A stretch of 64,000 nucleotides of DNA, from contig NC_068984.1 of assembly GCF_001194135.2 (NCBI RefSeq), forward strand, positions 137,119,323 to 137,183,322. Reading direction: 5' to 3'. The notes under the pieces are model-generated. The model did no database searches. It was not told where the DNA came from and saw only the letters and a list, made by a program, of their open reading frames with translations. Source of the stretch: Octopus bimaculoides (Eukaryota). Positions 47,857 through 62,400 of this stretch are shown one piece after another; within the stretch, counting starts at the first letter, position 1, and each line of letters begins with the position of its first letter. Position numbers and translations under genes: made by a program.

Positions 47857-50800
47857 ATGCCTACATGCACTCATACACACACACACACAATCATGCCTAC
47901 ATACACACGGTGCAACAAGCTTCTTTCAGTTTCCATCTCCCAAATCCAGTCTCAAGACTACAGTAGAAAAACACTTCCCCAAGGTGCTGTGCAATGGGAC
48001 TGAACCCAAGACCACATGGTTAGGAAGCAAGCTTCTCAATTACAACTGAATAAGCTCTATTTCAGACACCTACAGCATTTCTTAATGATTCCATATATAA
48101 CAGAACAATTATTCTCTTTTGTTGAAACCCAAAAGGGTTGGGTTTTGTGTGTGTATGTTCTGGACCAGTACCAGACTGCAGGCCATAGTTTAGGCAGCAG
48201 CAATATTCCCATTCCAACAACAAACAGTTTGTTTGTTTTCTTTCTTTGTTAGATAGCTTTTACTCTGCCATGAAAATTATTTGCATATCAGACATCTTGT
48301 TAATGTCTTCACTTCACCTGATCAAGAATGCTGTATTCCGCTTTTGTAGATGTTGGTATTAAGTCCATTCAGACAACATTGAATGGGAAATATTTCTTCG
48401 TTCTGGATAAAAATGTGAGTAGTCTGTGGTTTGACAATTTTTCTTCTCTCTCTTTATATGATTTTGTCCCAGACAAAGCTTGAGGCCACTGAAGCATAAG
48501 GGAGTACATCAAAAGAAATGAAGGGACCTATACATTTAAAACAGCTGTCTAGCTTCCATGCTAGTGGCCCGTAAATAGCACCATTTGAGCATAATCATTA
48601 CCAGCGTTGCCTTCTAGCACTTGTGCTGGTGGCACGTTTGAAAAACATTCCAGCGAGGTTGTTGCCGGTGCTGCTGGACTGGCTCACGTACAGGTGGCAC
48701 GTAAAAAACACCGTTTTGAGCGTGGCTGTTGCCAGTATCGTGTGCTGGTGGCACGTAAAAGCACCCACTACACTCTCCAAGTGGTTGGCGTTAGGAAGGG
48801 CATCCAGCTGTAGAAACTCTGCCAGATCAGATTGGAGCCTGGTGCAGCCTTCTGGCTTGCCAGTCCTCAGTCAAATTGTCCAACCCATGCTAGCATGGAA
48901 AGCAGACTTTAAACGATGATGATGATTGACAGAAAGTTTGTCCATCTCGCATTCAGATTACTCTGTCAAATCTCTTTTACTTGTTTCAGTCATTTGACTG
49001 TGGCCATGCTGGAGCACTGCCTTTAGTTGAGCAAATCGACCCCAGGACTTATTCTTTGTATGCCTAGTACTTATTCTAGCGGTCTCTTTTGCCAAACCGC
49101 TGGTGTGTTTTGTTATAACATCTTGTTTTTTTTGTTTGTTTTTTTTATCTTTTCTTTCTTTTTGTCTGTCTGCAGGAAACTCTGAGCCTCTGGGATGCCA
49201 CTTCTTTGATTCTTTTAGAAATTTTCTCAAACTTGACTGTGAAAGGATTCAACGTTCTGGATACAAGTGCTTTATCAAGCTCAAGGTAAACTAATTCATT
49301 TAACTCGTTAGCATTCACATTGCTTTGTCAAATGTTATGCTTATTTATTCATATTTAACATTGGTAATGTTCCATGCTTGAGAAGACCCATCAAGCCAAG
49401 TGAAATCATAGTTGTGACACATACTGGTGGCACGTAAAAGCGCCCATTACACTCTCAGAGTGGTTGGCGTTAGGAAGGGCATCAAGCCGTAGAAAACCAT
49501 GCCAAATCAGACTGGTGTCTGGTGCAGCCCCTCAGCTTTCCAGCCCTGGTCAAATCATCCGACCTATGCCACCATGGACACCAGACGTTAAATGATGATG
49601 ATGAATCTGGTACTTATTCTCTTGGTCTCCTTTACTGATTTAGCAATTTATGGAAGCATAAACACACCAACAGAGGGTGAAGCAGAATAGGAGGATTTGG
49701 TGGTGGTGGCAGTGGCGGCCACAAACACAAAGACATTCACGCACACACATACATATGTACATTGATATCATTATCATCATCATTTAGCGTCTGCTTTCCA
49801 TGCTGCCATGGGTTAAATGATGATGAGGAATGTAAATCTGCTTAAAACTAATATAAATCAGAGTTTCGAAAAGATGTTTAAATTGTTATTCAGCTACTAA
49901 AATCAAATGCATATTAATTATTCTGGCTATAATCCTCCTTTTAATCTGTTGTTTTAATCTGTTTTTTAGCCTCAAAAATATTCGAGTTGTTATCCTGAGG
50001 AAGGAGAAACCCAGTGAAACTTTTCTAGAAGTACGACAGCTGCCTGGTTTTGAATGTATCTACCAATTAAAACTGGGTGCAGTCGTTGAGCTCACTCAAT
50101 CAAATTCTACCCAGGTAGGTTCTTTCTCTAATTTTAAATTTCTTCTTTTTTTAAGAGGTGCTAACATGGCTATGTGGTTAAGAAGCTCGCTTAGCAACCA
50201 CGTGGTTTCAGGTTCAGTCCTACGGCATGGTGCCTTAGACAGATGTGTTGCTTTTAGAGGAGATACATGGTTTCACCTGTTGGAAAAGAGAGAGGACTGT
50301 AGTGAAGATGTGGCAGGGTGTGCCATCCTTGGATGAAATAAATGCTAGATGCTCGGGTAGATTCGTTATAATATCTGTGCCAAGGGTGGTGAGCTGGCAG
50401 GACCGTTAACATGCCACGCTGAATCATTAACATGCGAACTGGCAGAATCGTTAAAGTGCTTAGCAGGATTTCATCCATCTTTACATTTTGAGTTCAAAAT
50501 CTGCTAGGGCCAACTTCACCTTTCATTCTTTCAGGGTTAATAAAGTAAGTACCAGTTGAGCACTGGGATCAATATAATCAACTTAACCCTTCCCCTGACC
50601 TTGTGCCAAAATTTAAAATTATATCATCATCATCATATTATATTTGTACCATCATTTAGAAATGGTTAACTAATAATGATGAAGGCATCAGATTATTAGC
50701 CAAAATGGCTAATATTTGTGTCTTGTTTACAACATCTATACCAGGTCCTTTAATAAATCGTTAACTGGTCTCACTTTATATTAAACAGAATTTGCTTAAA

Positions 50801-53800
50801 AGAGCAAAAACGAAGTATAGACATCCTCTGATTTGAGGAATGTGACAGGAAGCTGTTTGTTCAGGTACTCAGCCTCACCTATGGACTTCTTTTACCTGAG
50901 TCAGTAATCAACTTTGGTTCTGGGTCCAATTATGTTTTGATGATCCATGCTGGAGCATAACAGTTCATATTGTGTTAAGTCATGTACAGGTATCCACAAT
51001 CAATAATTTGTGGATTGCTCGGCCAGTTGCATGTTAATTTCACGAGCAGGCTCTTCCGTTGTTGATCAGATCAACTGGAATCCTGATCGTCGTAACCAAC
51101 AAAGTGCCAGAACAGGTAATCCATCACTTGATAAAGGCCTTACTTAGCTATGAAAAATTCCACCACAGCAAACTAATGAAAACGAAATTCTGATGTCTAG
51201 AATTGTTTATTTGCAGGAGAATTTGAATATTGTCGAAGGTTGTACAGATCTGATGTAAGTAAGATGTTTTTGTCTAAACATTTTCATCATTTAACATCCA
51301 CTTTTCCATGCTTGCATGGGTTAGATGGAATTTGCTTTTAGGTAGATTAAGTGGTGACAATTAGAATGTTGCTTGTAATGTAGAACAGGATGCAACTAGA
51401 TCACATTGTAGATATTACAATATGAAATAAACTGCACCTTTTACCTGTGTATTCTCTAACTTAACGATACCAAAAAGGTTTTCTAACATAACCACATTTT
51501 ATTTATTTGTCGGTCTTTTTCTATAGAAATCCTGAGAGTTTTGAATCCTTGCGATTTCGTCTCATAACAGAAAGTGATGCAGAAACACGGTTCGTTGACC
51601 ATTGCTATTTTATCGTCAAATTATCTTCTGTGTTATAAATTATGAAATCATGCTTGTGTGTGTGTATATACATGGAGAAAGAGAGAGTTTATATTATTTG
51701 TATTATTTTCATATGCATTTCAGGTTTCAGACTTTGCTTCGTAAGATGCGCTTTGAAGAAGCCAAGAATTTTGCAGAACAGTATGGCCTTGACATACAGG
51801 TAAATGGTATTTGTCTTATTTAGATTTCTGCTTGTTGACCAAGTTTCACTTCTTACAATCTTCTATGGAAAAACAACCTAATGCTATTTACTTTATTGTC
51901 TTCATTTAATACATTTTCTGACAACCAGAGTAACATTAACTCTTTTGATACCAACCCGGCTGAAACCGCCTCTGGCTCTGTAGTACCCAGTATGATCATT
52001 GTAAACAGAAGAAATATTCAACTGTTCAATAGACTATAGATTGTTACTGCAATGGCAACTTGTATATTTGTGTGAAGGCACGTGGCGGTTGAGGTATTCA
52101 GCTCATGGTTGTAAGGTCATGAGTTCAATTCCCTGCAACACATTGTATCCTTGAGCAAGGCACTTTATTTCTTGTTGCTCCAGTTCATTCGACTTGCAAA
52201 AGTGAGTTGTACTTCTAAATTCAAAAACCCAACCTTGTCACATTCTGTGTCAAGCTGAATCCCCTTGAAAACTATGTTAAGGGTATGCATGTTTGTGGAG
52301 TACTCAGTCACTTGCGATCAATGGAACAGGTTGTTCCTTCAATCGGATTAACTGGAACCCTCGTCATAACCAACAGAGTGCCAGTATATACTTGTAGGGT
52401 AAAAATGTTCACATATTTATACCAAAACAAAATGTCTAAATGCCATTTCTTTTTACAGTCTCTCCACAAAGCTCATTTAAAGCATATTTTAGATATGCTG
52501 TCTCCATGGAGAGAAGACACTGTCGACAATAAAGAAGAACTGACGAATAAGCTGTGGCCTCTTCTCAAGCTGGTTAAAGTAAGTACAGAATTCTTCCTTC
52601 TATTTGATTTCATTCTTATCTTCTCCTGCCAACATAGATATTTTCTCTCTCTCTCTAACCATCTATCCTTTTTCTCTTTCGTTTTTTTCATGCTTGAGTG
52701 GTCAGTGAAGGGCATCCAACTGTAGAAACAAGTACTCCATGAAAACACCCTCTCACTCGGATGGTGGAGAGACACACAGACACACAAATATACACACACA
52801 CACAGAGAAACTTCGCAAGCTATCAAGATGTAAAACAGTTGCTCCCACAACGTCTTTCTGGTGGTTAATTCCATGCTTGCATGGTTTGGACTGGTTGTTG
52901 CACATCAAATCAGACTTTATTTCATGGTTACTCCCTTTGTTGATTAGTCAGGGACCACGTCTCCCTCATACCGTCTGTTTATGACATGTCATTAAAGAGG
53001 TTGCCTTACTCTTGGCAATACTCTCAGGTGCGTCCTCTCTGTTTGTTCAACAGCATCACAGGATAATCTTTTTTTCTTTTTTAGGTGAGGGACAATTTAT
53101 ATATTTTTAAACTAGGGAAAGGTATTGCTTCAACAAATATTGTCTTGCACACTACTTTGCGACTTTGAGGTGCCACATAAGAAAACACCTGTATCAGCAC
53201 CATGGAAAAAGCACTTGTGCCTGCATCGTGTGGAAGACATCCTTGCCAGTGCCACACAAAGAGCACCCAATACACTCTGTAAAGTGGGTTGGCGTCAGGA
53301 AGAGCATCCAGCTGTAGAAACTCTGCCAGATCAGATTGGAGCCTGGTGTAGTCATCTGGTTCACCAGTCCTCAGTCAAATCGTCCAACCCATGCTAGCAT
53401 GGAAAGCGGACGTTAAACGATGATGATGATGATTGAGTGGTTTGTAGTGGGTTGACTTTTCCATCAGTTCCAGTTGTTAACAAAGTAGATGATCATAAAA
53501 TCCTATTTAGTGACACTGACTGATTTTGTTTGTTTTGATTCTTGCTTTTCTTTTCAGGATGACCATTTTGTTGTGCAATTGTGCCTCTCCACAAGTTTGA
53601 CCACTTTCTCAGACACACACAAATTACTAGAATACATCAAGTTACGGGTAAGTACATATTCCATCCAGTTTGTGTACTTTGTAGAGTTCATCATCCTTGT
53701 TTATTCTGTATTATATAGGTATCACTGATATTTTAAAGGCCTTTTCACTGCCAAACGCACTCTGTATCAGCATCGTCACCCTATATCTAGTTAACAGACT

Positions 53801-56438
53801 AACTTTATTCTATCATCTTCCAGTGTCACGTATAAAGCACCTGTGCTGGTGTCATGTAATAGTACTGGTGCTGGTTCCATGTACAAAAGCACCCAGTACA
53901 CTCTGTAAAGTGGATGACATTAGGAAGGGCATCCAGGTGTAGAAACCATGCCAAAACAGACAATTGGGACCTGGTACAGTTCTCTGACTGGCCAGCTCCT
54001 GTCAACCCACCCAACCCATGCCAGCATAGAAAATCCATCATAATCATAGTTTAATGTCCATTTACCATGCTGGCATGGGTTGGACAGTTTGGCTGAGGTC
54101 TGGAGAGCCAGCAGCTGCACCAGGCTCCAATCTGATCTGGCAAGGTTTCTACAGCTGGATGCCCTTCCTAAATGTTAAAATGATGATGATAGCGATGATT
54201 TTATGCAAAACCCAAACTATTGTAGGAAAGAGCTTGTCATATCCATTTTGGTTTTGTATCTTTTTCCAGTTTTTGAAATGTTCGGTATTTGTTTCGTTTT
54301 TCAGTTGACCAACAAACCAGCCAACGAAAAGACTGAATTAGACAACACTCTCTTAAATAAAGTAAGATTAACAAAAATTATTATTTTGAATGGTTACCCA
54401 CTCACCCCTATCCTGTACTGCTTCTCTTATATTCACCTCCCTGTAACATAAGGGTACCCCTAACACATCATCAACACTATCTTCTTCAACCCATATGCAC
54501 AAATAGGATGTTGGCTAGTAGCATTTAGGTGGCTGGCTGTGGTATAGTGTATCTAGAGGCATCAGTTCCTTTGTATTGGATACTGCAAAATGATGGAGTA
54601 GGATGTTGGCATGAGCCAGTAACTGAGTAATAACACATTCTCTCTCACTCTCTCTCTTTCTCTTTTAGGTGAAGCAGGTGCTCTATCGTTTCTACACTTT
54701 CTGTTTTGCGCTTGGTCGTAAATATTACAAGTAAGAGAATTTATCTTTTTTTTGTATGTCTCTACAATCTAAAACTGAAGAATTTCCTGTCATTCTCTGT
54801 TTCTTTTTTTTTTTTCTCCATCATTTTCATTTTATTTATTTATTTTTGTCTAACAGAGCAGAAGTATGGGAAGATTTCAAGAAGGCCGATCTCTTTCACA
54901 AGATAATCAACTCTTTCCATAGCGAGTTACTTCATGTAGCGTTTACAATTTGGAGAAGGCACCATGTAAGTTATAGAAGGTTTCTTTAACCCTTTTAATG
55001 ATACCACCCCAACTTCTTTGATACAAACTTCCTGCCTCAAAGTAATCTCAATTAAAGCCTTTAATTACAATTTCTACTTTCATGCCTTCATGTTCTTAAA
55101 TTAACCTTTAGCATGCTGCATTTTCTTTAGAATTGTTTCCCCTGTTACTACAGGGGAGAAAACTCATACTGTGACATGATGTAACTACTGTATGCTAAAG
55201 GTTAAAACAGTCACTGGCATAATGAGCTTCATATATTCAGCTGTTTCATCACTCTCAATGTCCGAGGCTTTGTACCTGTGTGTAATAAAGTGAGATTTCT
55301 AAATGAATTTTTATAATTTGAGGTCGGTTTTCATTTTACTTTCTCACTTTCTTCTTTGTCCATCTATCTTCAAGCATGAAATTGCGAGATTGCATTCTGT
55401 TGACTCCCTGGAACTGATGCTAAACAGTCTACCACTCCATGTCAGCATCACCCAGCTGCAGGCATGGTTACTGGAAGATTTCATCCCGTATGTTATTAGA
55501 GTGATTCCACGTAGTTTGGTAAGATTCTTAGTTTCTATCATAACCAGTTTCAATCATCGCGTGTGTGTCTTTCTGATTGTTTCAGCTCCTGATTTACTTA
55601 ATACTGAATAGATCAGACATTGCTATGTGGTTAAGAAGTTTGCTTTGCAACCATAGGGTTTCAGGTTCAGTCCCACTGTATGGCACCTTGGGTAGGTGTC
55701 TTCTATTTTCTGCTTCTTGTTCTGTTTACCACTGCTTCGACTCTTTCTGTCTCTCTCCCTCTTTCCTACTATATCTCCAGGCCAACCAGAGCCCTGTGAG
55801 TGGATCCAGACTCATACACCTACATGTGTACAAAATTGCTTGGTGCAGTCATGATACAGTATTTAAAGAAAGATTTTCTTAAATGTTAACTGTTTTAAAA
55901 ATGTCTTAGATAAACAGAACGACGCTTATCTTTTGATATAAAATTTGCACATTGTGTGTGTGTGTGTGTAAGCACTTTCATTACTCAATTTTTTTTCAAA
56001 AACATGTGCGTGTGTGTTTCTGTTTACTTGACATCACGTGATTGTTGTGTGTGTGTCATTGTCATACTAGCAGTGTCATTTATTTCCAATATACTGTGAG
56101 AACATGACTGACTATAAATAGTGGGAGAAGGGAATTACTTTACCTGGCAGATGTATCATAAAATTACTAAATGACAATTAAGAGGAACTCAACTTGAGAA
56201 GGGGTGACTGTCTCAAAAATAAAGAATTTCTCTAAAACTGACCTGCCATTAAGGAAAAGGATAGTTTTACTCTCTGGAGACGCTCATGGACCTGTGTTTC
56301 TGGCTCAATAGCTGTCATCAGCACAGAAATTATCCAACTTTATTTGCTGTAAGCAAAGGATTTGACTTACACAAAAAAAAAAACCAGGAGAAAACTATCT
56401 CTCGTTTTACTTTCTACTTCCTGTTCTGTCTACCACTA

Positions 56439-56486
<48 letters not shown>

Positions 56487-59400
56487 NNNNNNNNNNNNNN
56501 NNNNNNNNNNNNNNNNNNNNNNNNNNNNNNNNNNNNNNNNNNNNNNNNNNNNNNNNNNNNNNNNNNNNNNNNNNNNNNNNNNNNNNNNNNNNNNNNNNNN
56601 NNNNNNNNNNNNNNNNNNNNNNNNNNNNNNNNNNNNNNNNNNNNNNNNNNNNNNNNNNNNNNNNNNNNNNNNNNNNNNNNNNNNNNNNNNNNNNNNNNNN
56701 NNNNNNNNNNNNNNNNNNNNNNNNNNNNNNNNNNNNNNNNNNNNNNNNNNNNNNNNNNNNNNNNNNNNNNNNNNNNNNNNNNNNNNNNNNNNNNNNNNNN
56801 NNNNNNNNNNNNNNNNNNNNNNNNNNNNNNNNNNNNNNNNNNNNNNNNNNNNNNNNNNNNNNNNNNNNNNNNNNNNNNNNNNNNNNNNNNNNNNNNNNNN
56901 NNNNNNNNNNNNNNNNNNNNNNNNNNNNNNNNNNNNNNNNNNNNNNNNNNNNNNNNNNNNNNNNNNNNNNNNNNNNNNNNNNNNNNNNNNNNNNNNGACA
57001 GACAAACGGATTAAGTCGATTAGATCGACCCCAGTACGCAACTGGTACTTAATTTATCGACCCTGAAAGTATGAAAGGCAAAATCGACTTCGGCAGATTT
57101 TGAACTCAGAACGTAAAGACGGATGAAATACCGCTAAGCATTTCGCCCGGCGTGTTAACGTTTCCTATTTCTTTATTGCCCACAAGGGGCTAAACATAGA
57201 TGGGACAAACAAGGACAGACAAACGGATTAAGTCGATTACATCGGCTCCAGTGCGTAACTTGTACTTAATTTATCGATCCCGAAAGGATGAAAGGCAAAG
57301 TCAACCTCGGCAGAATTTGAATTCAGAACGTAGCGGCAGACAAAATACCAGTAAGCATTCCGCCCGGCGTGCTAACGTTTCTGCCAGCTCGCCACCTTTT
57401 TTTGCTATTTCTGGCTGGTTGTATGATCATGTAAAGGCTCGCTGTTTGTGGTATCACTGTCAAGAATTTTGCATGTCTATTGTGGAATCTAGAGTTTTTC
57501 TCTTGATAACTTTGTTATTCATTTACAGATATAGGCTGCATGAATGTGTAATAAAACTGACTTCCCAATGACTTGGCTTTGGTATTATCATTCTAAGAGT
57601 GGATGCATGCTTCATAAAAGGGATCTAGGGATTTGTTTCTCAGAGTTTCAAAAAATGGTATAACTATCAGTGGTCAACCTACATTAGAAAGAGACCATCT
57701 GTTATTAGTATCGTAATTGTTATGTAATTAGGAATATTTGATTATGATAATGAAGACTTTCATTTTACTGTTTTTATTCTAGGCTGAATGGCCATCAAAC
57801 GCTCTGTGTGTGATGGAAACTTTCTATAAGAAGTTTACCAGTTTGTTAAACATGTCCTCCGACCAATGCATGTCAACACCTTCTGAGACAGCTCTCAAGG
57901 TAAGATTTCACAAGTTACAGGTTGGTCCTTCATTAAATCATCAACTTTACAATACCGCTACAGCTTCATGATCTTATCACCATCGCTTTTGTATTTTATT
58001 CCTATCTTGGCTGTGGTTGCGGTGGAGGCACAATGGCCCAGTGGTTAGGGCAGCGGACTCGCGGTTTCGATTCCCAGACCGGGCATTGTGAGTGTTTATT
58101 GAGCGAAAACACCTAAAGCTCCACGAGGCTCCAGCAGGGGATGGTGGCAAACCCTGCTGTACTCTTCCACCACAACTTTCTCTCACTCTTTCTTCCCGTT
58201 TCTGTTGTGCCTATAATTCAAAGGGTCAGCCTTGTCACACTGTGTCACGCTGAATATTCCCGAGAACTACGTTAAGGGTACACGTGTCTGTGGAGTGCTC
58301 AGCCACTTCGTTAATTTCACGAGCAGGCTGTTCCGTTGATCGGATCAACTGGAACCCTCGACGTCGTAAGCGACAGAGTGCCAACAACAAATAGCTGTGG
58401 TTGCTATGATCTGAGCTCTTCTCCAGATTTATTGTCTACCTGTTCAAGTTGAAGGACCATATCTTCTGCAAGACGTTCTATCTTTCTACAGTAGGATCCG
58501 TCGGCAGCAGCCACCCTCAGTGCATCTTTCAATCGAAGGTTGAGGGAATACCTGTTGCCCTAACTACTGTAATTCATTTTCCTCCTTGAACCGTTTTTGT
58601 GGTTTGAGAATTTCCTTTTCCAAGGCCACGTTGCTATCTTGAAGTTCAACCACTTGCATTTTGTGTGGATTTTCTTCTGTTGATTGCTAGCCAAGGTCCA
58701 CAAAGTGTAGAGTGGCTCCCCTTCAGTCACAAACACCTGATCTTTAGTCTTCTCGGCCATTGCCACATCTCCTTTGCCCATTTAATTTTGCCATGTCAAC
58801 ACCACTCCCTCATGTGCTTTAGCCTGTCATCTGAGGTGCTACATCAGAGTGTAATATTTAGGGGCTGAGTGAGGGGCCAGTGATGCCTGTCCACTCTACC
58901 ACTTAAGGGTCCGAGCCCCTTTGATATTACCTCTTCTCAGAGCTCCCTACACTTCTGCTGCCGTCTTTCCTTAACTTTGTCTCCTTCAGTATTTCCAGAT
59001 TATTATTATTATTATTATTATTATTATGTCGACTTTGCCTTTCATCCGTTTGGGGGGGTCAATAAAATATGTACCTGTTGGGTACTGGGGTTAATTACAT
59101 CGACCTACCCCATTCCCCCAAACTTGGTGGCATGGCTGTGTGGTAAGAAGTTTGCTTCCCAACGACATGGTTCCGAGTTCAGTCCCACTGTGTGGCATGT
59201 TGGGCAAGTGTCTTCCACTATAGTCTCAGGCTGACCAAAGCCTTGTGAGTGGATTTGGTAGACAGAAACTAAAAGAAGCCCATCATGTGTGTGTATGTAT
59301 GTATATATGTGTGTATCTGTGTTTGTCCCCCTACCTTCGCTTGACAACCGANNNNNNNNNNNNNNNNNNNNNNNNNNNNNNNNNNNNNNNNNNNNNNNNN

Positions 59401-62400
59401 NNNNNNNNNNNNNNNNNNNNNNNNNNNNNNNNNNNNNNNNNNNNNNNNNNNNNNNNNNNNNNNNNNNNNNNNNNNNNNNNNNNNNNNNNNNNNNNNNNNN
59501 NNNNNNNNNNNNNNNNNNNNNNNNNNNNNNNNNNNNNNNNNNNNNNNNNNNNNNNNNNNNNNNNNNNNNNNNNNNNATATATATATATATATATATATAT
59601 ATATACGTATGTATATGTGTGTGTATGTATGTATATATGTGTGTATCTGTGTTTGTCCCCCTACCTTCGCTTGACAACCGATGTTGGTGTGTTTACATCC
59701 CTGTAACTTAGCAAAGTCCTGGGGTCAATTTGTTCGAACAAAGGTGGTGCTCCAGCATGGCCATAGTCAAATGACCGAAACAAGTAAAGGAATAAATAAC
59801 AAAAAATAGAATAAGTACTCGAAGCAGGTCAGTATTATTAACCATGTCAAATTTGCTATATTTCATGCATTTCGTTGTTATTTTCTGGCTTTTACAGACA
59901 TACACCAACTTCAGGATAACTTTAACCCCGCTGATCAACTTAATCACTGTATTCCGCCAACTGGAAGGCCTTTATACGAAGTACAACTGTAAAATGACAG
60001 CTGCAAGTTTTGCACAGGTAACATTTATGGCTTTTTTGTTTTTTTTTTTGTTTTCTTTCTTTATCTCCTTCAGTATTTCCAGATTATTATTACAATGTCG
60101 ACTCTGCCTTTCATCCTGGGGCGGGGAGGGGGGGGGGTAAAATATGTACCAGCTGAGTACAGGGGTCGATTACATCGATTTGCAACCACCCCTGATATGA
60201 CACTTGCAACTTTGCATCCAATGGTTTAAACTAGTTCTTTGTGGGCAAACACATGTAATTTAGTGGGATTGGCTCTGTACAAAGTCTTTCCTCTAACTTA
60301 AACAAGCACAGACATCACTTAATTTTTCACGTCTCCCTTATTAGTTGCATATCATTATCATCATCATTTAACGTCCGTTTTCCATGCTGGCATGGTTGAA
60401 CAGTTTGACAAGAGCTGTCCAGGCGGTGAGCTGGCAGAATCGTTAGCACGCTGGGCAAAATGCTTAGCAGTATTTCGTCTGTGTTTACGTTCTGAGTTCA
60501 AATTCCGCCGAGGTCGATAAATTAAGTACCAGTTACGCACTGGGGTCGATGTAATCAACATAATCCCTTTGTCTGTCCTTGTTTGTCCCTCCTATGTTTA
60601 GCCCCGTGTGGGCAGTAAAGAAATAAGAGCTGTCCAGGCTTCAGTTGTCTGTTTCGGCATGGATTCTACAGCTGGATGCCCTTCCTAAATCCAGCCACTT
60701 TACTAGATGTTTTTACGTGCCACCAGCATGGGTGCATTTTATAAGGCACTGGCACAGTTGCTTTTTATGTGGCACTGGTACCAGCAGAGTTGCCAAGTAA
60801 CTTGCAACAGTTACTTCAGTAAATACCTTCAGATGAATAGTGCAGTTAATTAAGCTTTCTATGATGTGTTTGCTTTAAGTATGATACACAGATTGCTGTT
60901 TTAATCCAATATTGCTTTTGTTGCACTTACTGAATTTTCATTTGTTAAAAAAGTTAAAGATAAACCTTGTTAGTTTAATGTTATTCATTTTCTTTTACAT
61001 TCAGGAAACTATTGAGTCGGTTGTCTTTCGGATGCTGGATCGCTTGGTGGCCATAGAATTGATGGACAAAACCCTCAAGGAAGTTATCCACCCATATATA
61101 AAAGAATACCAACTCAATGAGGATGACATATTCTGCAAATATATTAAAGTATGAATGTTGTTGGTCTTGTTGTTATTGAGCATTTCTCTTTTTTATATGA
61201 AATGTTACTATCCTCTATATTTTGTGACCATTTCATAGAAATTCAGAATTTCAGATACTTGTTTTTTCTTCAATTACTAACCATTTCTGTACCACAGTTA
61301 TCCCTTTCATTATATTCATTTAACATCTGTGGTTCACGAAGGCATGGGTTGTACAATTTCAAGAGGATCCAAAGACTGGTCCAAAGAGTGCATTTTGTTC
61401 CTGTGGTTGCTACAGCTGGATGCCCTTCTTAATGCCAACCACTTTACAGAGTGTATTTGGGTTCCTATTTTGTGACACCAGTACAAGTGAGATCACTATA
61501 CGGCTTGCAAGGCTATGATCCCCTTCAACTGAGCAGGGCTGCAGTGGAGAGGGAAGCAGTCTATGCTATCGGTTGATTGCATCATTGTATAACAATTGCT
61601 CTTTCTTTGCTAGTGTATGGTACTGGTATGCTGACACCACGATCAACTAGCTCTCCCAACAGTACATGTCTTTAAGCCTTCAGCATTTAAACTAGTTGTA
61701 TCTTGTCAAAATATTCTGTTCATCATCATCATTTAACATTTGTTGTCCATGCTGGCATGGGTTGAACAGTGTGGCCAGAGCTGGCATGCTGGGTGGCAGG
61801 TGTACCAGACTCCAGCCTGTTCTGGTATGGTTTCTACAACTGGATGCCCTTCCTAATGCCAGCCACTTTACAGAGTGTACTGGGTGCTTTTACATGTTGT
61901 ATGTTCAGACTAGTCGACTCTGGCCTCTCACACCTACCCTACAATATCATTCAAAAAACAAACAATCGCATCACTGAAGTCTTGACGCTGCAAAATAATC
62001 CATGATTATTTCAAAACAGTGTGAATATGTACACATCACATTTGACTGAGAAACCTGAATGCTAAATGGTTAACATCTCCCAAAACATTTGTTGATTTAT
62101 TGTAATTCTTCTTCTGAATATTCTTTTTGGTTTTTCTAGGATCTTCTCGAACGAACTCACTGCATCAACTATCTTGGCCACGCACATTGGGAATCGAAAG
62201 CTTTGGCTGTCATTGGTTATATTTCTGATGTAAAAGTTAGTATTGTTAACCTGTTCTGCTAGTTCTACTGGCTGTTGAACTATTTTGACTTTTATTGTCT
62301 TGTTATTATTGTGTTGAATCCTCTATTTGTTTTTTTTTTTCTCTTTTTCTTAGCAGTCACCATTTTTAATGCATCATTTAGCTTTACTTGAAAACCATTA

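Noticed and set aside
56136-56152. TTTACCTGGCAG resembling the 5' end of U1 snRNA
   Set aside because: The match is only about 11 nt, and the downstream U1 sequence (GGGAGATACC..., Sm site) is absent.
59283-59680. Direct repeat of about 70 bp on both sides of the 59352-59576 gap
   Set aside because: This is a typical contig-end overlap artefact inside a SINE microsatellite. The 34964/35669 duplication is probably the same kind of artefact.
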